From: Candidatus Lokiarchaeum ossiferum
GTDB taxonomy: Archaea > Asgardarchaeota > Lokiarchaeia > Sigyniarchaeales > Promethearchaeaceae
Reading direction: 5' to 3'
Assembly: GCA_025839675.1 (NCBI GenBank)
Contig: CP104013.1
Coordinates: 3,750,001 to 3,782,000, forward strand
DNA: 32,000 nt
In this document: one piece after another, positions 24,469 through 32,000 of the stretch
Layout of the letters: each line of letters opens with the position of its first letter
Numbering within the stretch: the first letter of the stretch is position 1
Program-made: the position numbers and the translations under genes
Notes under the pieces: model-generated
Seen by the model: the letters and a program-made list of their open reading frames with translations, nothing else
What the model was told of the DNA's origin: nothing
Database searches by the model: none

Positions 24469-25791
24469 TTAACTTGCTTCTAATTCAGTTTGATAGTCGG
24501 TAAGGAGATCTGCTTCAGCTTCAACCACTGGTGTTTCTGAAGATTCTTCTGCTATTGACTCATTTCCATAAGATTCGCCATAGTGCATCATGGTGGTGAA
24601 TTTAATCAAGATAAAATAGACTATGATAGAAATAGCCGGACTGATGATGAAAATGGCCACAATCGGGGTAAATTCCCCGATTATTCCCCAAATTATTAAT
24701 CCTACAGGATTGAGTGATTTAATAATAGTAAACATTGAGGCAAACACTCTTCCTTGGAGTTCTTTTGGTATTGTTACTTGAAGTACAGACATCAGTTGGG
24801 TGTCAATAAAGGCAAGATCAATTCCCAAAATTGCACAAGCGATATAAAACAACCACCAAGTGCCTTGCGGAACTAAGGCTAAACCAATTAATACAACTGA
24901 TAGGAACATACCGCTAGTAATTACTGATTTCATCGTTGATTTTCGCTTGGACGACATCAATAAGATAGAGCCACCTATCATTCCAACTTGAAACAAGACT
25001 TCAACCCAACTATAGTTGGTCACTGTGCCTTCATGATGTCCTAAGATTAAAAGAGGAAACAATGAGAAAATGGGAACCACAATAAAATTGGCGGTTGCAA
25101 ACATAAAAAATACGGATGTCAAACCAGATTCTTTGATATAACTTAACCCTTCTCCAAATTCTTTTTTGAATGAAATTTTATCACCCTTTTCATGATTTGT
25201 GACTGATGGAATTCGAATTAGGAATAAAATAACAGCTGTTGGAATAAAAGTAAATACATCTAACCAATATATTTGTTGAATCGTGAATGTTGATACAGCT
25301 ATTGCTCCAATTGCTGGACTTGCAATGTTGATTAACGAATTGAAGATTTGATTTATTGAATTGATTTTTTTGATTTTTTTTTCTGGAACCATTAAAGGTG
25401 TTAGACTTACTGAAACTGGGTTCTGAAAACCTTGACATGTGCCCCTTATCCCTAATAGGACCAAGATGTGCCACAATTCTGCTACATTAAGTTGAAATAA
25501 GATAATTAAAACAAATGTTGCTAATGCTTGGGTAGCATCAGAAATAATTAAGATCAAGTTTTTATTAAATTTGTCCGCAATCACTCCTGAAAATGGCGAT
25601 ACGATAATCATGGGAACAATAGATGCAATACTTGCAATCGAAAGAATCAAACTACTTTCAGTTGATTCAGCGAGGTACCAAATAACAGCAAAAGAAACAA
25701 TCATTGACCCGATCATTGAAATAAATTGGGTAATGAAAATGATAATAAATCCTTGGAAGGATTTTTCGGAAACTTCGTTGTAGGAGATCAT
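24469..25791 (-). CDS. MFS transporter (EntS/MFS_3-like) with an acidic C-terminal tail
   Basis: About 12 hydrophobic helices. PFSGVIADKFNKN resembles MFS motif A. The tail is ESSETPVVEAEADLLTDYQTELEAS. Confidence 0.85.
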   Translation of the reverse strand: MISYNEVSEKSFQGFIIIFITQFISMIGSMIVSFAVIWYLAESTESSLILSIASIASIVPMIIVSPFSGVIADKFNKNLILIISDATQALATFVLIILFQLNVAELWHILVLLGIRGTCQGFQNPVSVSLTPLMVPEKKIKKINSINQIFNSLINIASPAIGAIAVSTFTIQQIYWLDVFTFIPTAVILFLIRIPSVTNHEKGDKISFKKEFGEGLSYIKESGLTSVFFMFATANFIVVPIFSLFPLLILGHHEGTVTNYSWVEVLFQVGMIGGSILLMSSKRKSTMKSVITSGMFLSVVLIGLALVPQGTWWLFYIACAILGIDLAFIDTQLMSVLQVTIPKELQGRVFASMFTIIKSLNPVGLIIWGIIGEFTPIVAIFIISPAISIIVYFILIKFTTMMHYGESYGNESIAEESSETPVVEAEADLLTDYQTELEAS

Positions 25792-26027
25792 AGATAATCA
25801 ATCATTTTTTTTTTACTACTATGTAATTTTAGTGTGTATTGCTAATAAACCTTTGTGATAAATGTGTATGTTTTTTGCATACTTCTTTAGAAATATCATT
25901 AAATGATTCTCAAATCTTGTAGAATTGAGATCAAATTATTACTTTTGTGTGTAATATAAATATGTCAAAATTGAAATTGAACAAAATCAAAAAAGAGGTA
26001 GCATATTTGATCTGTCGGAAAAATAAA

Positions 26028-26879
26028 TTATAAATCTTCGACAGAATAGAATTTGATCCATCGCTTGATATTTTTCTCTCGGCATTGTTGATATTTCTTT
26101 TCAATCATTGGATAAATTTCTTGAAAATTTTTACTTGTTTCCAAGGAATCAAGTTTTAGTGAATTTAGAACACTAGTTCTCATTCCTGTGAGATAATCTA
26201 AATAATGCTGCATATTTTCATACTTGATTGGTTTTCCATGGCCTGGTATATACCATTCTGCTTTGAGATCGATTATTTTTTTTAGTTGTGTGATCCAACC
26301 ATCTGGGTTACTCCATGTTCCTGTTGAATTGGGGATTCTGTTTTCCCAAAGTAAATCTGCTGCTATGACCACTTTATCCTCTGGAATATAAATAAAAGAT
26401 GAACCAGGAGTATGTCCTCCTGCGAATACAAAATTGATTTCTATTGAACCATTATGAATTGTAAGTTGCTTTGAAATTCCAAGATCAGGTATTCTGACTT
26501 TCATATTCTGGATTTCTTCTGCTCTCTCTGGAAATTTATTGATGTATTTCTTTTTATTTTCCTCAATTTTGGCTGGAATTTCAGATTCCATCATTTTTTG
26601 CAAGATTGATGAACTGATAATGGTTGTATCGAAGTATTCCTGCATGCCACCAATATGATCTGTGTGAAAATGGGTCAAAAAGAGATACTTAATTGGTAAC
26701 TTATATTTTTCTTCAACTGCTTGCCGAAAAGCTTTACCTTCCGTAGGAAGTAAGTTGGCATCAACAATTATTGCGTAGTTCTTACATAGGATTGCTGCTT
26801 GATTTACTTGTTCGTAAAAGTTGCAATTAATATCTGATATCACCACATGTTCAGAAATCTGATTTAATTTAATGACCAT
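26028..26879 (-). CDS. MBL-fold metallo-hydrolase
   Basis: LTHFHTDHIGG (HxHxDH), GGHTPGS and PGHG. SD-like GAGGAG lies 5-10 nt upstream of ATG 26879. Confidence 0.85.
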   Translation of the reverse strand: MVIKLNQISEHVVISDINCNFYEQVNQAAILCKNYAIIVDANLLPTEGKAFRQAVEEKYKLPIKYLFLTHFHTDHIGGMQEYFDTTIISSSILQKMMESEIPAKIEENKKKYINKFPERAEEIQNMKVRIPDLGISKQLTIHNGSIEINFVFAGGHTPGSSFIYIPEDKVVIAADLLWENRIPNSTGTWSNPDGWITQLKKIIDLKAEWYIPGHGKPIKYENMQHYLDYLTGMRTSVLNSLKLDSLETSKNFQEIYPMIEKKYQQCREKNIKRWIKFYSVEDL

Positions 26880-27098
26880 TTTTTCTCCTCTTCAAAATAA
26901 TAACTATGTAGAAAGAAAAAAAATGGTTATTTGAATGAGATCAAAAATGTTTTTGGATGCTTTTCCATCGTATTTTAACCACAAATCGAAAATTTCGAAA
27001 TGATTAGTTTATTTATCAAAAAAGTGATCTCAAGCATTTTTAATAATATTCAAAGAAAAATAGTAAAAAATGGGGTAGATTTTGATAGGATCAAAAAA

Positions 27099-27260
27099 TT
27101 ATACAATTTTACCTTCTTTTTCTAGCTTAATGACCATTTCATGACCATGGCATTTTATTATTTGCTCTTTAGAGCAATTTCCGTCCTTAAATGAATCTCT
27201 TACTTCTGGTAAATCGCATTCACAATCATTTTTATGATCTTTTGTTATTTTTTCATTCAT
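27099..27260 (-). CDS. Small (53 aa) Cys/His-rich protein, a candidate metal- or redox-active micro-protein
   Basis: My own translation is MNEKITKDHKNDCECDLPEVRDSFKDGNCSKEQIIKCHGHEMVIKLEKEGKIV*. It is below the track's length cut-off. ATG 27258..27260 is preceded by SD-like GAGGATGA (27267..27274) with a 6-nt spacer and an in-frame upstream stop. It is divergent from the HxlR gene. Confidence 0.5.
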   Translation of the reverse strand: MNEKITKDHKNDCECDLPEVRDSFKDGNCSKEQIIKCHGHEMVIKLEKEGKIV

Positions 27261-27384
27261 TTTTTATCATCCTCGTAATCTTTAAGAAGAATACATATAT
27301 TATATTTAATGAAGTATTTAAACTTCAAAGAGTGAAGTGTAGAAGTAACTTTCCAATTGGGAAGTATTGGAGTGAAATTCAAAG

Positions 27385-27798
27385 ATGGATATAAATAATC
27401 AAAAAATACAAGCAAATGATTCTGTTGAAAAACATCAATCCTTAGCAGATGCTCCACTTGAATGGCATTGTATATCTAGCAAAAATAATCCTGCTTGTCA
27501 AAATAATTGTTTTACAAAGAATATTTTATCTTTATTTGGGAAAAAGCATACTTTACAAATCATTCGGCTTCTTCTGGATAATAAACAATTGAGATTCAAT
27601 GAAATTCTTAATCAAATTGGTGGAAGTCCAAAAACGATTACAGAACGATTGCGTGATTTAGAAAAAAGAAAACTGATTATCCGGGAAGTGTTTAATGAGA
27701 TCCCAATGCGGGTTCAATATTCTTTAACGGACGCAGGGAAAGACTTGGAAGATATTTTTGAACGTATTTCGCTCTGGGCTAAAAGATGGATGGATTAA
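27385..27798 (+). CDS. HxlR (MarR/DUF24)-family winged-helix regulator with a Cys/His-bearing N-terminal extension
   Basis: NCFTKNILSLFGKKHTLQIIRLL...RFNEILNQIGGSPKTITERLRDLEKRKLIIRE...VQYSLTDAGKDL is the HxlR signature. The N-terminal extension carries H28, C29, C38 and C42. SD-like GGAGTGA (27369..27375) lies 9 nt upstream of the ATG. Confidence 0.85.
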   Translation: MDINNQKIQANDSVEKHQSLADAPLEWHCISSKNNPACQNNCFTKNILSLFGKKHTLQIIRLLLDNKQLRFNEILNQIGGSPKTITERLRDLEKRKLIIREVFNEIPMRVQYSLTDAGKDLEDIFERISLWAKRWMD

Positions 27799-28057
27799 TA
27801 AAACGCTTAATAAATTTTTCAAATAAATCAAAATTTCATTCACTTTTAGAATTATACCATCTTTCATGTTTCAGTCAAACTGCTTTCTCCCTTAATCAAT
27901 TTTATATCAACTATGCATTATTGAAAATAAAACTATGTAGATTTAACCTATTTACTATGTATGCTTAACAATTAACAGACAACCTATTGTCTAAGTAGTT
28001 TAATTCATGAACTTCCCATTCTGTTTTAATAGCCAAAAATGTTAGTGACTTTTGAAT

Positions 28058-31000
28058 ATGAAAAGAATGAGTGACAATGCCCAGTATGTTGGAATTAACA
28101 TCGGGTCTGTATCAGTCAATGTTGTAATTTCTGATGGTTATGGTGAATTAGAATCGATTAAGGAACCGCATTTAGGAAATCCACAAAAAATATTGGCTGA
28201 AATTTTGGATAGTCGTGTATCAGCCGAAGAATCATTTTACGAAGTTTGTGGAACTTTTGGGTCTATTTCGGATAATACTGCAATTGAAAGTGGATTGGTT
28301 TCTTCCAATAAAAAATATGATATAGTGCTTTCTTTGGGGGGAGAGTCTTTTACACTTTATATTTTAGATGATCAAAGTCATATAGTGAATATTTTATCTC
28401 AAGACAAATGCGCTGCGGGGAGTGGAGAATTCTTCATCCAGCAAATAGAACGGTTGAATCTGTCTTTGGAAGATGCAATTGAATTAGCCGCTAAAGGAAA
28501 AAATATTCGTTTAGCTTCTCGATGTTCGGTGCACTGTAAATCCGATATAACACACAAGTTGAATAAAGGTGAAGCTCCATTAGAAAATGTTCTGAGTTCT
28601 TTGTTATCAAACATGGTGAACCAAGCCTTAGGGTTAATCAATCAATCAAAAGTAAAGGCTAAGAATATTTTATTGATTGGAGGTCTCTCATTAAATAGTA
28701 CATTTGTAACAAAACTTCGCGATCGCTTACCGGATGTAAATGTAGATATTACCAAGTTCAGTCCTGTTTATGAAGCCTATGGAACAGCACTTCTTGTTCA
28801 GGAAAACCCTCAAAATTTAACCCCCAATCTGAAAATTGCTCATTCTTTTAGCACTTTACCCAACCTTAAAGATTTTGGGCATCTTGTAAAACTAATGGAA
28901 ATGCCCGAATCTTCTCTATCGAATGATGAGAATAAAGAATATATTTTAGGGATTGATGTTGGATCTACTACTACTAAAGCAGTGGTTATGGAAGAAAAGA
29001 CATCTGCAATTCTTGGTTCTTTTTATGGAAGAACTAATGGAAATCCTATACAAGCCACCAAAGATTGTCTGCAGGAGATTATTGGTCAAATCGGAGATAA
29101 AAAAATCAAATTGGTTGGAGTCACCGGCTCCGGACGCCAAATGGTTGGGGCTTATCTGGGTACTTCAGGAATATTTAATGAAATTTCAGCTCATTCCATG
29201 GGTGCTGCCTACTTTGATCCTGAAGTCGATACAATTTTTGAAATCGGCGGTCAAGATGCAAAATATATGTTCTTGCAAAATGAGGTCCCAGTGGACTATG
29301 CGATGAATGCTTCGTGTTCAGCAGGTACAGGGTCATTCTTGGAGGAAAGTGCTAAATGCGATTTGAATGTGAAGGTTACAGAAATTTGCGATGTGGCTCT
29401 AAATGCTACACATCCCGTCAGATTCAAAGCCGACTGTGCTGCCTTTATAAATTCCGATATTCGAACTGCATTGCAAGAAGGATATGAGCGCGATGATATT
29501 ATTGGCGGATTAGTATACTCTATATCTAATAATTATCTGAATAAAGTCAAAGGTTCTCGTCCAATTGGAAATAAAATCTTTTTCCAAGGGGGAGTGGCCA
29601 AAAATAATGCCGTTGGTTATGCTTTTGCCCAAATAACGGGACGTGAAATAATTATTCCTCCTTTTCCAGAATTGATGGGTGCCTTTGGGATCGCTTTAAT
29701 GTCTGAGTTCAAATATAACAATCACTTAATCTCTCGAATGGAAGCTTCCACTACTTTATCTTCATTAATTGATACCGAAATGCGACACATTGGACAATTT
29801 GTGTGCAAATCTTGTGAAAATTTTTGTCAAATCGAACGATATCAAGTCGGAGAACGTAAATTTCCTTTTGGAGGGAAATGTACAAAGTGGGAACATAGTT
29901 GGAAGAAAGATGATAATGTTATTGAAAAAGAAGACTTGGTGGCATGGCGGAATGGGTTCATGTATAATCCTGAAGTTGCGTTAACTGAGATTTCCGGAAC
30001 ACAGAATATCGCAATAAAAACACAAATTGGTATTCCACGGGCTCTTTTGACCCATGCGCTTTATCCTCTTTTCTCTTCCTATTTTACCAATCTTGGTTTT
30101 GAAGTTGTCCTCTCAGATATAGAACCTGATGTAGAACTTTTGCCAAATGCTCCATTTTGTTATCCTATTCAAATCATGCATGGGGCAGTGGCAAATTTAG
30201 TGAAGCGCGGTATACAGTTGCTCTTTATTCCTTATATTCATAAGTTAAAACGAAGTCAAAAATGGGTAGATTCCACTTTTTGTCCGATTACCTTATCTGC
30301 TCCGTATTTAACTTTACCCATATTTGATCAATCCACATTTTTAACGCCTGAATTGGACTATTCCGATGGTTATTTGGAAAATGAAGCCCTCATCGAGCTT
30401 GCTCATGACCAATTCAACATCCCTATTGAACAATGTCACAAGGCGTATAAAAAAGCTGCATTGTATCAAAATTCCTTAGAAGCCCAAATTAAAGAAAAAG
30501 GGCGGGAGATATTGGATAGAATCACCAACTCGGATGAAATTGGGATTATCGTTGTTGGTCGCAGTTATAATGTCTATCCTGCCGAGACATCACAATCTAT
30601 TCCAAAGAAGTTGGTGAGTATGGGAGTAAACGTGCTTCCTTTTGATTTTCTTGAACCAGTTTCCAAAACCGATATTTCATGGTATTTCGCGAATTACGTG
30701 AAAGAAGCAGTCAATCTGGTACAACAGCACGATAATTTATTTTTACTCTACATTAATAATTATAGCTGCACGGTAGATGCATTCATTCAGAATCATGTAC
30801 GTAGTGAAATGGCTTCAAAACCGTATCTTTTATTGGAATTGGATGCTCATGTTGCTGATGCGGGAACCCAAACTCGATTGGAAGCCTTTTTAGAGATTAT
30901 AAAAAACTATCAACTCTCACGAGCGCCAAAACCAATTAATGATTATCAATTATCCAAGGTATTTGAAGAAAATGGAAAACCAGTTGTAATCACATCCGAT

Positions 31001-32000
31001 GGGGAACGAATGGACTTCACCGACGAGCGCATAAAAGTCTATATGCCTTGTTTTTCAGAAATTCATACAGCCTTAATTGAGAAATTTTTGGTAAATGCCG
31101 GAATCAATATGGGACATATTGGTGATATCCAACTAGAATATCCTATTGAAGGATTAAAACATTGTTCTGGAAAAGAATGTGTTCCTTTGCCAATCGTTTT
31201 GGGACAAATTTTACATATTGTAAAAAATCGAAAACCCGGTGAAATTTCTGGCTATATGATTTTAACAGGAGGAGAACCTTGTGTCGTATGTCAATACAAA
31301 CAATTTATGACCGAATTTTTGATTAAAAATAAAATTAAAGATGTCTTCTTCTTTGGAATTAACAAGGAATACCATTACATTGGGTTCATGAATAAGGATT
31401 TCATCCAATATGCTCCAAAAATGATGGCTCTTGGGGATCTTATACATGAGGTTTCCAGTACTCTCCAAGTTGTAGGAGAAGATGGAGCGATGGATTTGTT
31501 CCAAAAATATTTAGATGAATTTCTAGCTGATTTTACAGAAATGCAAAAATCAAATCGGGAAATTGATAAATTTGTTCAAAAGATTAAAACCATTCCCACA
31601 AAAATGTCTCCCCAAGATTGTCCTAAAGTGTTACTCGATGGGGACTTCTTTGTTCGATACAGTCCTTTCTTTTTGAAGGAAATGAAAGCTTTGTATGCCC
31701 AACACGGAATTATTGTTAAATCGAATGATCTCTTTGAAATTTTCGTAGCGGCCATTCCATTTGGTAGCGTTATTGCGGGACCCAAATATCGAGATAGATA
31801 TGTAAAGAAAATGCGTGATAACGTCCAAGGAAACCGTAATCTTTGGGATCCTCTAACTCCTGGATTTTATGCGAGTCAATTACTCTATAAGTTAATGACT
31901 AGCATTGAAAAAAGACTACGGAAGAAATTTGAACGTACCGGACTCATTGTGTCAAAACCATCTAATGTATTACATGCTTTAAATAAATGTGATAATGGAT
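28058..32000 (+). CDS. Giant fusion protein (at least 1314 aa, 3' end beyond the window): two BcrAD/BadFG (HgdC-like) ATPase modules, a Cys4 linker and HgdB/DUF2229-like dehydratase-component domains
   Basis: Absent from the ORF track because it has no stop before the window end. My own translation from ATG 28058 (in-frame TGA at 28046) is open through 31999.
Module 1 motifs: VGINIGSVSV, QDKCAAGSGEFF, ASRCSVHCKSD.
Module 2 motifs: LGIDVGSTTTKAVV (from nt 28946), EIGGQDAKY, NASCSAGTGSFLEE, KADCAAFINSD, FFQGGVAKNNAV.
Linker: CKSCENFCQ-x16-C (nt 29804..29881).
Dehydratase-like region: IGIPRALLTHALYPLFSSYF, VVGRSYNVY, LLLELDAHVADAGTQTRLEAF, PKVLLDGDFFVRYSPF. Confidence 0.9.
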   Translation, partial: MKRMSDNAQYVGINIGSVSVNVVISDGYGELESIKEPHLGNPQKILAEILDSRVSAEESFYEVCGTFGSISDNTAIESGLVSSNKKYDIVLSLGGESFTLYILDDQSHIVNILSQDKCAAGSGEFFIQQIERLNLSLEDAIELAAKGKNIRLASRCSVHCKSDITHKLNKGEAPLENVLSSLLSNMVNQALGLINQSKVKAKNILLIGGLSLNSTFVTKLRDRLPDVNVDITKFSPVYEAYGTALLVQENPQNLTPNLKIAHSFSTLPNLKDFGHLVKLMEMPESSLSNDENKEYILGIDVGSTTTKAVVMEEKTSAILGSFYGRTNGNPIQATKDCLQEIIGQIGDKKIKLVGVTGSGRQMVGAYLGTSGIFNEISAHSMGAAYFDPEVDTIFEIGGQDAKYMFLQNEVPVDYAMNASCSAGTGSFLEESAKCDLNVKVTEICDVALNATHPVRFKADCAAFINSDIRTALQEGYERDDIIGGLVYSISNNYLNKVKGSRPIGNKIFFQGGVAKNNAVGYAFAQITGREIIIPPFPELMGAFGIALMSEFKYNNHLISRMEASTTLSSLIDTEMRHIGQFVCKSCENFCQIERYQVGERKFPFGGKCTKWEHSWKKDDNVIEKEDLVAWRNGFMYNPEVALTEISGTQNIAIKTQIGIPRALLTHALYPLFSSYFTNLGFEVVLSDIEPDVELLPNAPFCYPIQIMHGAVANLVKRGIQLLFIPYIHKLKRSQKWVDSTFCPITLSAPYLTLPIFDQSTFLTPELDYSDGYLENEALIELAHDQFNIPIEQCHKAYKKAALYQNSLEAQIKEKGREILDRITNSDEIGIIVVGRSYNVYPAETSQSIPKKLVSMGVNVLPFDFLEPVSKTDISWYFANYVKEAVNLVQQHDNLFLLYINNYSCTVDAFIQNHVRSEMASKPYLLLELDAHVADAGTQTRLEAFLEIIKNYQLSRAPKPINDYQLSKVFEENGKPVVITSDGERMDFTDERIKVYMPCFSEIHTALIEKFLVNAGINMGHIGDIQLEYPIEGLKHCSGKECVPLPIVLGQILHIVKNRKPGEISGYMILTGGEPCVVCQYKQFMTEFLIKNKIKDVFFFGINKEYHYIGFMNKDFIQYAPKMMALGDLIHEVSSTLQVVGEDGAMDLFQKYLDEFLADFTEMQKSNREIDKFVQKIKTIPTKMSPQDCPKVLLDGDFFVRYSPFFLKEMKALYAQHGIIVKSNDLFEIFVAAIPFGSVIAGPKYRDRYVKKMRDNVQGNRNLWDPLTPGFYASQLLYKLMTSIEKRLRKKFERTGLIVSKPSNVLHALNKCDNG

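Noticed and set aside
27191-27457. 67-aa (+) and 66-aa (-) ORFs in the HxlR upstream region
   Set aside because: They overlap each other and the HxlR start, have no RBS-like motif and look like hydrophobic AT-rich junk. The 53-aa SD-preceded Cys-rich ORF is the better candidate for this gap.
27786-27968. 60-aa + ORF overlapping the HxlR stop
   Set aside because: It starts inside the HxlR 3' end in another frame and reads through AT-rich intergenic DNA. It has no RBS and no recognisable features.
28399-31828. Seven short ORFs (64-117 aa) listed on both strands in this interval
   Set aside because: All lie inside, and out of frame with or antisense to, the uninterrupted 1314-codon ORF. That ORF carries clear ATPase and dehydratase-component motifs.
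1-32000. Search for CRISPR arrays, tRNA/rRNA genes, IS elements, integrases and terminal inverted repeats
   Set aside because: None were recognised. The only regular short-period repeat is the coding 18-mer at 12392..12523. The intergenic regions are too AT-rich and unstructured for tRNA-like cloverleaves. A computational scan (tRNAscan/Infernal, CRISPR finders) would be needed to exclude them formally.

Overview
The window is strongly AT-rich (roughly 30% GC by eye, not computed) and gene-dense, with about 30 protein genes on both strands. I recognised no rRNA, tRNA, CRISPR array, transposase or integrase.

The gene content and signals suggest an anaerobic archaeon, possibly Asgard/Lokiarchaeia-like. 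This is inference only. It rests on oligo-T tracts right after stop codons, SD-like GGAGTGA/GAGGAG motifs, a tricorn-factor-F3-like M1 peptidase, a DUF5320 protein, TIGR04076 proteins and a HisKA_2 kinase.

Two real genes are missing from the supplied ORF track because they run off the window edges:
- A giant ORF of at least 1314 codons runs from 28058 to the right edge. It has two HgdC/BcrAD-type ATPase modules, a Cys4 linker and HgdB/DUF2229-like domains, an architecture shared with PlsA/PlsR or Ger-like reductive enzymes.
- The 5' end of a third TIGR04076 paralog lies at 1..74 (-).

A 53-aa Cys/His-rich ORF (27099..27260, -) with a good SD motif falls below the track's length cut-off.

Other contents, left to right:
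- A paralog-rich cluster with three TIGR04076 genes, two ATC-hydrolase-like genes, an NTF2-like gene and a divergent ArsR regulator.
- Two tandem paralogs of an unknown family.
- An EamA transporter and an orphan membrane HisKA_2 kinase.
- A CobN plus fused ChlI-ChlD class I chelatase pair with no corrin genes nearby.
- A SAM methyltransferase and an RGG/GYG-rich DUF5320 protein.
- M1 and M24 peptidases, a DinB protein and a histidine phosphatase.
- A three-gene module (RNase H-like exonuclease, a protein with CorA-like topology, a polytopic membrane protein).
- An MFS transporter, an MBL hydrolase and an HxlR regulator.

Several longest-ORF starts in the track are TTG/GTG extensions, and I moved them to better-supported starts.

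All family calls come from motif recognition by eye. No database search was run.
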